DNA from: a bacterium
Lineage (GTDB): Bacteria; CLD3; SB21
Reading direction: 5' to 3'
Length of the DNA: 62,016 nucleotides
Assembly (NCBI GenBank): GCA_013360215.1
Contig: JABWCP010000018.1
Coordinates: 1-62,016, forward strand
Numbering within the stretch: the first letter of the stretch is position 1; each line of letters begins with the position of its first letter. Shown piece after piece: positions 17,292 through 27,621 of this stretch. Below the pieces are notes generated by a model, which saw nothing but the letters and a program-made list of their open reading frames with translations, searched no databases and was not told where the DNA came from. The translations under genes were made by a program, and so were the position numbers.

Positions 17292-18650
17292 TTGCGCAGT
17301 TTCTTTATCGCTTCGTATTCAAAAAACATCTTTCATGGCTTCATAATTTTTCTTGTTTCACTTACATCATGCGATGACCATCTAAAAGATGTCGGCATGG
17401 AAGTTATTGACCGCGGTACCTCGACCGGTACTTTCAAAACGGATACATTATACGCCGATGACATAGAGCGAATCACTTCATTTGTTGATTCAATTCCCGT
17501 ATCAGAAACCAATCGCCTATATCTTGGAACATACGGCTCATACGATTTTCGTATGCTAATGTATTTCGCTATGCCGTCCGAAGAAATTACTGATGAAAAC
17601 GGCAATGTCATTCCGGTTGACAGCATGAATATTACCGAAAATTCACAGATCAGGCTTGTAGGTTCAAAATACTATGGATCTGCTGGAGCCATTACAGCAC
17701 AACTCCATACTATTCAAAAAAACTGGTCATCCAGTGACTTGTATTGGAGTCGTTTTGAGAAAGGTACAGATTACAACACTACACCAGCTTCCACTCAAAC
17801 ATTCAGCGCTCTTAACGAATTTGACACCGTAAGAATTTCCGTACCCAAAGACACAGTTATTCAATGGCTTAAAACACGAAATGATACAAGTACTACCGTT
17901 CCTAAACGCAATCGTGGTGTTATCATTGATTTTGACGCCGCATCTAATTTTATTCAGCAATTTTACAGTGCACGCGTAACAACCGTTTCCGGAGGAATCG
18001 CAACTCTTGACTTCGAAAAAGCACCGAGATTGGAAATAAAATATTCATGGGCGATTGATCGAAATAAAAACGGAGTTTACGACGGCGACAACGAGTTCGG
18101 TTCTAGTGTTTTTTATGTTGCACCGGTTTTCATTAGCGGCGTATATAGTGGCGGTTATCATGGATTTGTATATAGAGATAGAAATCCTCAACCAGTTAAC
18201 ACAATTACCGTTGGCGGGGGGCTTCCTTATCACTCGGTTTTGAAGTTTAAGACGGATAGACTCCCTAAAAACTTAACCATAAATTCAGCTTTTCTTATTA
18301 TGCACACCGATCCTGTTGGAAACTTATATCGTACTACAGGCGACTCGATTGTTATACGGAGTTATTTTTCGCTATCGGATACCAGTGATTGGAAAGCCGG
18401 TGAAATGAATGTTGATGAAGCTATATCTTCCAGCGATAATACCCGTGATGACACTTTACGGCTAAATATTTCTGATATGCTACAATCATGGGCGACTAAC
18501 CCAAAAAGTAATTTGGGGCTTATGCTTACAAATCAATTCTCGTTGAACGGTAACTTTAATCCGTTATATCGCGTCCGTTTTTATAATAATCCGTCCGATC
18601 GCGATAATTCTCCAAAAATAATCATTTACTATACTCAGTCACCGCAATAA
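17292..18650 (+). CDS. Putative lipoprotein (DUF4270-like)
   Basis: Lipobox LTSC, beta-rich, YLG and INSAFL motifs, C-terminal PKIIIYY. Confidence 0.6.
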   Translation: MRSFFIASYSKNIFHGFIIFLVSLTSCDDHLKDVGMEVIDRGTSTGTFKTDTLYADDIERITSFVDSIPVSETNRLYLGTYGSYDFRMLMYFAMPSEEITDENGNVIPVDSMNITENSQIRLVGSKYYGSAGAITAQLHTIQKNWSSSDLYWSRFEKGTDYNTTPASTQTFSALNEFDTVRISVPKDTVIQWLKTRNDTSTTVPKRNRGVIIDFDAASNFIQQFYSARVTTVSGGIATLDFEKAPRLEIKYSWAIDRNKNGVYDGDNEFGSSVFYVAPVFISGVYSGGYHGFVYRDRNPQPVNTITVGGGLPYHSVLKFKTDRLPKNLTINSAFLIMHTDPVGNLYRTTGDSIVIRSYFSLSDTSDWKAGEMNVDEAISSSDNTRDDTLRLNISDMLQSWATNPKSNLGLMLTNQFSLNGNFNPLYRVRFYNNPSDRDNSPKIIIYYTQSPQ

Positions 18651-18662
18651 AAGAAATCCCTT

Positions 18663-19880
18663 ATGCGATATACCGCTATTCTAGCATTAATGATTCTTGT
18701 AAATTTGGCGCCTCCGGCTGCTTATCCAGGTGGTTCTTCATATTCTGCGACCACTTATGGGCTTTACGAATACAAACCAAACCCCAGATCGCTCGGTATG
18801 GGCGGAGCGGGTTTAGCCATTCCAAGCTACTATACGCTTAATATGCAAAACCCGGCCACATTACTCGGGATTCCGATGACACGTTTTGAGCTAAACATGT
18901 TTGCCGAATGGAATCAAGCCAGTAACGGCGCTGCCAAAAATTTTTCCAATCGCGCTACCATCAACCATGTAGCATTTGCGTTTCCCTTTGGGAAAACTTT
19001 AGTCGCAGCGATTAATCTCTCGCGTGTAACAAATGTCAATTACGAATTTTCCACACCGAATTTGATCTTTGAAGGTGAAAAATATACCGAAACTTTAATC
19101 GGAACAGGTGGGCTTCAACAACTTGCCTTTACCGGAGCAGGCAAAATAAATCCCAAGTGGACCATTGGCGCATCGTTGCAGTATCTCTTCGGCACCATAA
19201 AAAGAGAATGGGGCATTAACTATAACTCGGATGAATTAGTTGATACGCGCGACGTAAGACATCAAAACATGAGCGGCGGTCGTTTGGTCATCGGAGGCCT
19301 TTATCAACATAATGAGCAATGGAATTTTGGCGGATTCCTGTCAATGGCCGGAAAAATATCCAGCGATGTACGTGTGGTCGGTACTTACCGCGATACGACT
19401 GTATCCTATGAACAAAGCTTGAATTACCCTACAGAAATCGGATTTGGCGCGTCTTATCGGTGGACGAAGCGCTATTTATTGGCGACTGATATTGTTTACG
19501 GAACATGGGGATCGGTTAAAGAATTTAGTCCCACGCAAAAAAACAGAAACACCGTTCGTTGGTCCGGCGGCGTCGAAAGACAACCATCGAATGCTTTTTC
19601 AGCTCCATGGTGGGATAAGAATTATTACCGCTTCGGCCTTATGATCAACAATTTGTATGCAACCAATACAACAGGAAACCACGCCAGCGAAATAATGTTT
19701 ACTTTGGGTATTGGAATGCCGTTTAACCGCGAACGCAGCAGTTTTGATTTGAGTTTAGAAGCGGGACAGCGCGGACAAATCGCGGATAATAAAGTCCGTG
19801 ACCGCGTTTATCGCCTGACATTATCTTTTACCGGTGGTGAGCGTTGGTTTTTGAATCGCCAAAAACGAAAACGTGATTAA
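18663..19880 (+). CDS. Outer-membrane beta-barrel protein (FadL/OmpP1-like)
   Basis: Signal peptide, RSLGMGGAGLA, NPA, amphipathic strands, ERWF terminus. Confidence 0.75.
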   Translation: MRYTAILALMILVNLAPPAAYPGGSSYSATTYGLYEYKPNPRSLGMGGAGLAIPSYYTLNMQNPATLLGIPMTRFELNMFAEWNQASNGAAKNFSNRATINHVAFAFPFGKTLVAAINLSRVTNVNYEFSTPNLIFEGEKYTETLIGTGGLQQLAFTGAGKINPKWTIGASLQYLFGTIKREWGINYNSDELVDTRDVRHQNMSGGRLVIGGLYQHNEQWNFGGFLSMAGKISSDVRVVGTYRDTTVSYEQSLNYPTEIGFGASYRWTKRYLLATDIVYGTWGSVKEFSPTQKNRNTVRWSGGVERQPSNAFSAPWWDKNYYRFGLMINNLYATNTTGNHASEIMFTLGIGMPFNRERSSFDLSLEAGQRGQIADNKVRDRVYRLTLSFTGGERWFLNRQKRKRD

Positions 19881-19948
19881 AACTTTTTTGTACATTTACG
19901 TATAAACATTTGCACGAATGTACACAAAACAGAAACGGAGGAACTCAC

Positions 19949-20719
19949 TTGAAAAAAATTATTTTGATCTTCATATGTGCTGCATCCGCTGCTTTTGCTC
20001 AAGAATCAAGCCCGGCTACGCCTTATCAGCATCGTCAGCTTGTTAACGTACCGACCGCAGGCATGCTCAACAAAGGTAATTACGAAATCGGAATGCGCCT
20101 TTTCGCTAATGGCGGCGTGCTTTCTAATATTGGTGTCGGTATAACGGATCGTTTTATGATCGGTATTTCGTATGGCGGAGAAAAAATTATCGGCTCCGGC
20201 AAAGTTAATTTTAACCCACTCCCGGGTGTCGATGTACGCTACCGTGCCGTTGACGAATCAACAGCCGGCCCCGCGGTAACACTTGGCTTTAACAACCAAG
20301 GTTTCGGTCCGTATTACAAATCGGTAGATACGGTCAAAGTAAACCGTTACACGCAAAAATCACGTGGTCTTTTTATCACGGCCAGTAAAAATTATGCCTT
20401 TGCCGGAAACTTAGGAATTCACGGAGGCATTTCGTGGTCGGTCACTGAAAAGAAAGATAAAGACAATCAACCGGCTTTTTTTGTCGGTGTTGATAAAAGT
20501 ATCAATGACGAATTAACAGCCGTTTGGGAATACGACCTCGCGCTCAATGACAATAAAGACATCATAGGGCACGGACGCGGTTATATGAATGTTGGTGCAA
20601 AACTCAATTTTGGTCAAAAAGTAATGGTCGAATTTATAATGACCGACATTCTCAACAACAGTAAAGATATCGGTAAGTTCTCCCGTGAGTTACGATTATC
20701 GCTCATTCACGCATTCTAA
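19949..20719 (+). CDS. Outer-membrane/exported protein (YjbH-like)
   Basis: GGAGG then TTG start; signal peptide; LVNVPTAGML; C-terminal Phe. Confidence 0.6.
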   Translation: MKKIILIFICAASAAFAQESSPATPYQHRQLVNVPTAGMLNKGNYEIGMRLFANGGVLSNIGVGITDRFMIGISYGGEKIIGSGKVNFNPLPGVDVRYRAVDESTAGPAVTLGFNNQGFGPYYKSVDTVKVNRYTQKSRGLFITASKNYAFAGNLGIHGGISWSVTEKKDKDNQPAFFVGVDKSINDELTAVWEYDLALNDNKDIIGHGRGYMNVGAKLNFGQKVMVEFIMTDILNNSKDIGKFSRELRLSLIHAF

Positions 20720-20746
20720 AACTGTACTGGATAACAACTCTTCTAT

Positions 20747-20777
20747 AAAAGCAGAGCTAATGGCTCTGCTTTTTTTA
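20747..20777. terminator. Bidirectional intrinsic terminator
   Basis: AAAAGCAGAGC-taatg-GCTCTGCTTTT hairpin between convergent genes. Confidence 0.85.
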
Positions 20778-20807
20778 TTGAAAAAAGATTAATTCTTGTT
20801 TTTTACT

Positions 20808-21254
20808 TTAGAGTTTTTTCATCAACCACCGATCTACCGACCATAAACCACCACCCCTCATAATGAGAACGATCATTATAACAATGACCAACAAGTGAAA
20901 TTCAAATCCTTCCCCCCGCTTTTCACTATACCAATTCATATAAAACCCCCAACGACCGTGCACCAGTAGGATAGCTCCGATCATTACCGATAAAATGGAC
21001 GCCGCCATGAAGCGTGTTGCAGCGCCGGCAATAAGGCATATCGCTCCTAACGAATCAGACAAAATAACCAACAAAGTTACGACGTACGGCATACCAAACC
21101 ATGCTTCAAAAGCTTGCATTGTTGCTGTCACACCGTGCCCGCCAAACCAACCCAAAAGTTTTTGTAGGCCGTGCATCAGAATAACCGACCCGGAAACTAT
21201 GCGCAAAACCGTCAGCGCCAAATCATCTGATGTTTCAATCATTTTTTTAAACAT
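20808..21254 (-). CDS. DoxX-family membrane protein
   Basis: LRI..G....HGLQKLLGWFGGHG, GFEFHLL, GGGLWSVD. Confidence 0.9.
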   Translation of the reverse strand: MFKKMIETSDDLALTVLRIVSGSVILMHGLQKLLGWFGGHGVTATMQAFEAWFGMPYVVTLLVILSDSLGAICLIAGAATRFMAASILSVMIGAILLVHGRWGFYMNWYSEKRGEGFEFHLLVIVIMIVLIMRGGGLWSVDRWLMKKL

Positions 21255-21370
21255 AATACGAGTCTTTCCGAATTAAAATGTATTGTCTTACGTAATTAAT
21301 TTTACGAGATTTTGTTAAATGAGTTTCCTGTGCATTGACACATCACAATCATCAGAATTTGCTTTAAAAC

Positions 21371-21399
21371 TTGAGGGTTATGCGCGAAACTCGTATCAT
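21371..21399 (+). promoter_or_regulatory. Putative sigma70-type promoter of purEK
   Basis: TTGAGG-N17-TATCAT. Confidence 0.35.
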
Positions 21400-21431
21400 C
21401 AGCACAAGTTTAATATCAGAAACTCAATATT

Positions 21432-21923
21432 ATGGCTCAAAAAATTCTTATCGGCGTGGTTATGGGAAGTGATAGCGACTGGGAAGTGATGAAATATGCG
21501 GTAGAACAACTCAAGGCATTCAAAATCCCATATGAAGCGCGCGTGGTTTCAGCTCATCGTACACCGGAACTTCTCTTTTCTTATGCGACTTCCGCTCAAG
21601 AGCGTGGATTGCGTTGTATTATTGCCGGAGCCGGTGGAGCTGCCCATTTACCGGGCATGTTAGCTTCCAAAACTATTGTCCCGGTTTTAGGTGTGCCTGT
21701 ACCTTCGCGATATTTAAAAGGCCTGGATTCGCTTCTTTCGATTGTACAGATGCCCAAAGGTATCCCCGTGGCTACGTTTGCGATCGGTGAATCCGGCGCC
21801 GCAAATGCGGCTTTACAGGCCATAGCCATCTTGGCAACGACGGACGACGCTTTAGCAAAAAAACTTTCTGCTTTTCGCGAATCCCAGACCCGAAAAGTTT
21901 TACAACTCAAGTTGCCAAAATAA
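21432..21923 (+). CDS. purE: N5-CAIR mutase
   Basis: [36 protein letters not shown]. Confidence 0.97.
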   Translation: MAQKILIGVVMGSDSDWEVMKYAVEQLKAFKIPYEARVVSAHRTPELLFSYATSAQERGLRCIIAGAGGAAHLPGMLASKTIVPVLGVPVPSRYLKGLDSLLSIVQMPKGIPVATFAIGESGAANAALQAIAILATTDDALAKKLSAFRESQTRKVLQLKLPK

Positions 21924-21970
21924 TTGTATAACACACATCCATTAAAAAAACTTCTCAAGATTCATAATAC

Positions 21971-23107
21971 ATGATTAAACCCGGCTCTACTCTTGGTATG
22001 CTCGGCGGCGGCCAGCTTGGACGCATGTTTACCATGGCCGCTCATGCGATGGGATATCGCGTCATCGTGCTTGACCCGGATCCGCAGAGTCCTGCGGGAC
22101 ATATCGCTGATCGCCATCTCACGGCCGATTATCACGAGGCTGAAGCCCTTCATATCTTACGTACGGAGTGCTCTGCCATTACTACGGAGTTTGAAAACGT
22201 ACCGGCCGACACGCTTGAAATATTATCACATCATTGCTTTATCCGCCCATCCGCTAAAGCCGTTTCCGTTACACAAGACCGATTGCACGAGAAATCATTT
22301 TTACGTATTCATCAAATCCCGACGAACAAATTTGCTGCGATACGCACAGAGTCAGATATAGATGAAGCCGTACACTTTGTCGGTCTACCCGCAATTCTCA
22401 AACGTAATCGTTACGGTTATGACGGCAAAGGGCAATACCGTGTTCGTACGATCCAAGATGTCCGGGATGCTTTTCGTGCCATGCATGATGCACCGTGCAT
22501 TCTTGAGGAAATGCTCAATTTTGAAAAAGAAGTATCCGTTGTACTTGCCCGCGCGGTAGATGGAAGCATCACAGAATATCCAACCGGCGAAAACATACAC
22601 GAAAACGGGATATTAGATATGACGATCGTGCCGGCACGTATCACGGAGGCAACGGATACTCAGGCACGCACCATCGCGCGACAGGTCGCTGAAAAATTGG
22701 ATTATCATGGCGTACTTGCCGTTGAAATGTTTGTCATGCCGGATGGACGCGTATTGGTCAACGAAATGGCACCCCGCCCTCATAATAGCGCGCACTATAC
22801 GCTGGATGCATGCATTACGGATCAATTCGAACAGCAAGTACGCGTACTTTGCGGTTTACCGGCAGGTGATCCTACTTTATTAACTCCTGTTGTGATGGTG
22901 AACCTTCTCGGTGACCTTTGGGGAAGCCAACAACCGCACTGGGAAAAACTTTTTTCACATACACACGTAAAACTTCATTTGTACGGAAAATCCGAAGCCC
23001 GGCCAGGGCGAAAAATGGGGCACTTTAACATACTGGATCGCAACATCGAAAATGCCATCGCACTTGGACGCCAACTCAAAAAGGATATCGCTTATGAAAC
23101 GAGGTAA
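21971..23107 (+). CDS. purK: N5-CAIR synthase
   Basis: GGGQLGRM, TEFENV, GYDGKGQ, NEMAPRPHNS, RKMGH. Confidence 0.97.
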   Translation: MIKPGSTLGMLGGGQLGRMFTMAAHAMGYRVIVLDPDPQSPAGHIADRHLTADYHEAEALHILRTECSAITTEFENVPADTLEILSHHCFIRPSAKAVSVTQDRLHEKSFLRIHQIPTNKFAAIRTESDIDEAVHFVGLPAILKRNRYGYDGKGQYRVRTIQDVRDAFRAMHDAPCILEEMLNFEKEVSVVLARAVDGSITEYPTGENIHENGILDMTIVPARITEATDTQARTIARQVAEKLDYHGVLAVEMFVMPDGRVLVNEMAPRPHNSAHYTLDACITDQFEQQVRVLCGLPAGDPTLLTPVVMVNLLGDLWGSQQPHWEKLFSHTHVKLHLYGKSEARPGRKMGHFNILDRNIENAIALGRQLKKDIAYETR

Positions 23108-24017
23108 GTTTTTTCTCTTTACCGGATTGTCCATACTGCTTCTCTTCATAAGCGCCTGTCAAAAAAAGAATGCACCGATCATAACCGATGCCGCTTACGT
23201 ACAGGAGATCAACGCATGGCACGCGCTACGGGAAGCCAATCTGAAAAAAGAAAAAGGATGGCTCAATTTAGTCGGATTGCATTGGCTCAAAGAGGGCGAT
23301 AACACGTTCGGAAGCGATTCCTCCAATCAGCTTATTTTTCCTCCGCAGGCACCTCCATTTGCCGGAATTTTTACTCTTCAAAAAGGAGTCATCACATTAA
23401 CTGTAAAAAAAGATGTCATCATAACCGCTGACGGCAAAACAATTTCTTCTTCCGTTTTGAAAGATGACTCTGACTCACTAATGACGCGCCTGGCGATGGG
23501 TTCCTTTCGTTTTTATGTGATCAAACGAAACGGCGAATACGCCATTCGTCTCAAAGATTTAGAAAGCCCTTTGCTAAAATCGTTTCAAGGCATTGATCGT
23601 TACACCGTTGATAAGAACTGGCAAACGCATGCCACAATTAAAAAATACGATCCGATGAAAATAATCCTAATACCTACCATTTTGGGAACCGTGGATTCGA
23701 TGAAATGCCCCGGGCTTTTGACGTTTACGATAGATGATCAAACCTATACACTCGAACCGGTATTGGAAGATGGTTCGGATGACTTATTCATTATTTTTGG
23801 TGACCGCACCAACGGATCGGAAACTTACGGCGGCGGTCGTTTTCTTTACTCCAAAATGCCGGCTCATGGCGATTCGGTCATCGTAGATTTTAATAAAGCC
23901 TATAACCCGCCCTGCGTATTTACGGATTATGCCACCTGCCCGTTGCCGCCTCTACAAAACAAACTGCCGATACCGATAAAAGCCGGCGAAAAAATGTGGG
24001 GCCATAAAAAACATTAA
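23094..24017 (+). CDS. DUF1684-family lipoprotein
   Basis: Lipobox ISAC; GWLNLVGLHWL, TYGGGRF, DFNKAYNPPC, CPLPP. Confidence 0.85.
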   Translation: MKRGKFFLFTGLSILLLFISACQKKNAPIITDAAYVQEINAWHALREANLKKEKGWLNLVGLHWLKEGDNTFGSDSSNQLIFPPQAPPFAGIFTLQKGVITLTVKKDVIITADGKTISSSVLKDDSDSLMTRLAMGSFRFYVIKRNGEYAIRLKDLESPLLKSFQGIDRYTVDKNWQTHATIKKYDPMKIILIPTILGTVDSMKCPGLLTFTIDDQTYTLEPVLEDGSDDLFIIFGDRTNGSETYGGGRFLYSKMPAHGDSVIVDFNKAYNPPCVFTDYATCPLPPLQNKLPIPIKAGEKMWGHKKH

Positions 24018-24035
24018 ATATGCCACATACATTCG

Positions 24036-24737
24036 TTAAAGGTCAGGGTAGAGTTTGACCGAACATTCTGGGCAAATGCCGTGTGTAAATTGCGCACCCG
24101 AATGCCGCTCTACATATTCTTCGATCCTATTCCAGTAACCTTTATCATCGCGAATTTTTTTGCACGACGCACAAATCGGTAACATGCCTCGAAGAGTTTG
24201 AACAAGTTCGAGGCTTTCCTGCAATTCGTGAATCAATCGCTCTCTTTCACGTTTATCCTGTAAGCGTTCTAATTCGGCTTCGGCACGTGATGCAAAAATT
24301 TTCAAAATACTGGCTTTAATTTCCGCATCTAAAATAGGACGCGTATCCAAAAGCGCCAGATGGCCGACTATTTCTCCGTTTGATTTTTTCAAAGGAATGC
24401 CGATATAACTCGTCGCTCGTATTTCAGAAAGCTCTTTTTCGAGAGGAAATTGAGCCGGCAAATCCTCCGTATAACACTGCAATCCGCCATGAATGACCAT
24501 CTGACAAGGTGTATGGGTAATATCATATTCGAAATTTTTTCCGTAATCCATCCCGATCCAATGTGCAATGGTACGCAGTCTGCTTTTTTCTGAGTTTGCG
24601 CATTCCGTAACCATCGCAAACTCCATTTGTAAAACGGAACTGAGGTTGCGAACCAACGATTTAAAAAAATCATCACCGATCTTTCCGTAAGTAGCTTCAG
24701 CGATGGCATGAAAATATTCCTGCAGCGATATAGACAT
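24036..24737 (-). CDS. GAF-domain protein with C-terminal Cys-rich (CxxC...CxxC) module
   Basis: FhlA-like GAF domain (FFKSLV, TPC, SYIGIPL, GHLA), coiled coil, LPICASCKKIRDDKGYW...FTHGICPEC. Confidence 0.8.
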   Translation of the reverse strand: MSISLQEYFHAIAEATYGKIGDDFFKSLVRNLSSVLQMEFAMVTECANSEKSRLRTIAHWIGMDYGKNFEYDITHTPCQMVIHGGLQCYTEDLPAQFPLEKELSEIRATSYIGIPLKKSNGEIVGHLALLDTRPILDAEIKASILKIFASRAEAELERLQDKRERERLIHELQESLELVQTLRGMLPICASCKKIRDDKGYWNRIEEYVERHSGAQFTHGICPECSVKLYPDL

Positions 24738-24911
24738 GTTAAATTCCTATATTTGCTTGGTTGTTGATTGCTCTCTTCCAAAAATAACTTCCCATTGAGC
24801 AATTGGCAAGCAACTATATCGGTAGAATTAGATATAGGCCTTTGCTTGCTATTTTTGGGTCTATTGCTTATTTTTGCGCGCTAAAAAAATATCAATATTT
24901 GGATTAACAAA

Positions 24912-25970
24912 ATGAAGCGCATAGCCGTAATTCCCGGAGATGGGATAGGAACTGATGTAATAAATGAAGCACTAAAAGTCATTGAAGCGGTCCAAACGCG
25001 TAAGCCGATGGATATCAAGTTGACCACGATGGATTATGGCGCCGAAAAGTATCTGAAAACCAAGGTAACGATGCCGGAAGAGCAATACGATGATTTCCGG
25101 AATAACTACCACGCCATTCTCATGGGCGCGTTCGGTGACCCGCGTGTTCCCGGTAACGAGCATGCAAAAGATATTCTTCTAGGTACGCGCTTTAAACTGG
25201 ATCTCTATGTCAATTTCCGTCCTGTCAAATTGTTGGATGAGCGGTTTTGCCCTCTGAAAAATAAAACCGTTCACGATGTCAATTTTACGGTTTTCCGTGA
25301 GAATACGGAAGGTCTCTATGTCAGTGTTGGCGGTATTTTCAAGAAAAACACTCCCGATGAAATCGCCATTCAAGAGGAAGTCAATACACGCAAAGGCGTG
25401 GAGCGCATTATCCGTTATGCGTTTGAATTTGCCTCCAAAAACGGACATAAAAAAGTCGCCATGGCGGACAAAAGCAATGCGATGACATATGGTCATAACC
25501 TTTGGTATCGTTGCTTCTTTGAAGTGGCCAAAGAATATCCGCAAATCCAGGCCAAACATTTTTATATTGATGCCCTCGCCATGATGATGATCCGTGAACC
25601 GGAAATGTTTGAAGTCATTGTTACCAATAATTTATTTGGCGACATCATTACGGATATCGGAGCACAGCTTCAAGGCGGTATGGGCCTTGCAGCTTCAGGT
25701 AATATCAATCCGAATGGCGTTTCCATGTTCGAACCGGTACATGGTAGCGCACCGGACATTGCCGGTAAAGATATCGCCAACCCTGTGGCTTCTATTCTGA
25801 CAGCCGAAATGATGCTTCGTCATCTCGGATTTACTACTCAGGCCGATATGATCGACCGCGCTGTACGCGTCGCCATACAAAAAAACAAGTTAACCAAAGA
25901 ACTGGGCGGCACCGAAGGAACAAAAGCCTGCGGTAATTTTATTGCTGAAGTGATTCGCGCTGAAAATTAG
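24912..25970 (+). CDS. leuB: 3-isopropylmalate dehydrogenase (isocitrate/isopropylmalate dehydrogenase family)
   Basis: IPGDGIG, RENTEGLY, NLFGDIITD, FEPVHGSAPDIAGKDIANP; exact substrate not certain. Confidence 0.75.
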   Translation: MKRIAVIPGDGIGTDVINEALKVIEAVQTRKPMDIKLTTMDYGAEKYLKTKVTMPEEQYDDFRNNYHAILMGAFGDPRVPGNEHAKDILLGTRFKLDLYVNFRPVKLLDERFCPLKNKTVHDVNFTVFRENTEGLYVSVGGIFKKNTPDEIAIQEEVNTRKGVERIIRYAFEFASKNGHKKVAMADKSNAMTYGHNLWYRCFFEVAKEYPQIQAKHFYIDALAMMMIREPEMFEVIVTNNLFGDIITDIGAQLQGGMGLAASGNINPNGVSMFEPVHGSAPDIAGKDIANPVASILTAEMMLRHLGFTTQADMIDRAVRVAIQKNKLTKELGGTEGTKACGNFIAEVIRAEN

Positions 25971-26034
25971 AAGATTTACTTTCTCTTTCAATCGTGTATG
26001 TATCGTACACTTATGTAAAGTAATTAGGGGCAGT

Positions 26035-26115
26035 ATGAAAAAGGAATTCAGGGAATTAATCCTGTGGTTACTCATCCTCGTGGTGGTAACCGGAGGATTT
26101 TACGCTTGCGGTTAA
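26035..26115 (+). CDS. Candidate small membrane peptide, 26 aa (MKKEFRELILWLLILVVVTGGFYACG)
   Basis: Translated by hand; AGGGG SD; charged N-terminus followed by a hydrophobic helix. Confidence 0.4.
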   Translation: MKKEFRELILWLLILVVVTGGFYACG

Positions 26116-26241
26116 CCCGCACTTACAAATTTTCATCAAAAAACAGGCTTCTCGTCCGGTAATAATCTGTTATAGTATTACCGTTGATAATGCATTGCTA
26201 ATTTTAGATATTCCTCTGAAAATTTTCAGAGGAATTTTTTT

Positions 26242-27210
26242 ATGATCCTTCTCACCGGCGGCGCGGGTTTTATCGGCAGCGCCATGTTACGTAAGCTCAA
26301 CGATCTGGGACATGATAAAATCATCGTGGTGGATAATCTGGGAACCAGCGATAAATGGAAAAATCTTATCGGTAAACGCTTTACCGATTATCTTCACAAA
26401 GATGAATTCCTGCGATTGCTAGACAATAAAGCCTACTTTGATGATACGACAGCGGTTATCCATATGGGTGCCTGCTCGGCCACGACGGAACAAGATGCCG
26501 ATTATCTTATGCGAAATAATTATCACTACTCCAAACGCGTAGCACGTTGGGCATTGGCACGCAACGTACGTTTTATTTATGCCAGCAGCGCGGCTACCTA
26601 CGGCGGCGGCGAATTAGGCTTTACCGATAACGATGCGCAAATGCCCTCGCTCAAACCTCTGAATAAATATGGTTATTCCAAGCACATTTTTGATCTTTGG
26701 ATTTTACAGGAGCGATTACAATCCCGGGTAGCCGGTTTAAAATTTTTTAACGTGTTCGGCCCAAACGAATATCACAAAGGCGATATGCGAAGCCTCGTAA
26801 ACAAAGCCTTTTATCAAGTTTTAGAAAGCGAAAAAATTCGACTCTTTAAATCTCATCGACCGGATTACGCGGATGGCGCTCAAGTCCGCGATTTTGTATA
26901 CATCAAAGACACGGTAGATATCATAGCTTGGCTCTTAGAATACCGCGATGTAGGTGGGATTTTTAATCTCGGGACAGGAAAGGCTCGTTCGTGGAATGAT
27001 CTCGCAAAGGCTGTGTTTCATGCAATGAACAAACCCGTGTTAATCGAGTATTTTGATATGCCGGAGATGATTCGCAATGCATATCAATACCATACGGAAG
27101 CAACCATGAAAAAACTACAAGATGCCAGTTGTCCGATTCGATTTCGAACACTTGAGGAGTCGGTGAAAGACTACGTACAGAATTATCTTTCTAGCAATGC
27201 TTATTTATAG
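26242..27210 (+). CDS. rfaD: ADP-L-glycero-D-manno-heptose 6-epimerase
   Basis: TGGAGFIGS, HMGACSATTE, YASSAATYG, PLNKYGYSK, FNVFGPNEYHKG. Confidence 0.95.
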   Translation: MILLTGGAGFIGSAMLRKLNDLGHDKIIVVDNLGTSDKWKNLIGKRFTDYLHKDEFLRLLDNKAYFDDTTAVIHMGACSATTEQDADYLMRNNYHYSKRVARWALARNVRFIYASSAATYGGGELGFTDNDAQMPSLKPLNKYGYSKHIFDLWILQERLQSRVAGLKFFNVFGPNEYHKGDMRSLVNKAFYQVLESEKIRLFKSHRPDYADGAQVRDFVYIKDTVDIIAWLLEYRDVGGIFNLGTGKARSWNDLAKAVFHAMNKPVLIEYFDMPEMIRNAYQYHTEATMKKLQDASCPIRFRTLEESVKDYVQNYLSSNAYL

Positions 27211-27240
27211 TATTTAATTTTATAGTATCCAATAAAATCA

Positions 27241-27621
27241 TTACGATTTATCGGACAAGAGATCGTTGATTTTTTCGCGAAATTTCGACACCTCGATAGG
27301 TTTGCTGACGTAGCTGTCACACCCTGCTGCTAAAATTTTTTCCTCATCCCCTTTCATCGCGTGCGCCGTCAATGCAATAATGGGAATATGCTTCAACGCC
27401 GGATCCGCTTTGAGAGTTCGCGCGACCGCATAACCGTCCATTTTAGGAATTTGAATATCCAAAATAATCAAATCCGGTTTGTACTGTGCAGCGCGTTCCA
27501 AGGCTTCTTCACCGTTACCGGCGCTTACGATCGTATAAGCCGGATTTTTGATCGTACGTTCCACAAGCCGCATATTGACTTCATTGTCTTCCACCAGCAG
27601 TATTGTTTTTTGCTTTATCAT
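27241..27621 (-). CDS. Single-domain response regulator (DivK/CheY-like)
   Basis: LLVEDN, LDIQIPKMDG, ALTAHAM, SKP. Confidence 0.93.
   Translation of the reverse strand: MIKQKTILLVEDNEVNMRLVERTIKNPAYTIVSAGNGEEALERAAQYKPDLIILDIQIPKMDGYAVARTLKADPALKHIPIIALTAHAMKGDEEKILAAGCDSYVSKPIEVSKFREKINDLLSDKS

Noticed and set aside
21971-23107. Second ATP-grasp gene as a RiPP enzyme
   Set aside because: Clear PurK next to purE.
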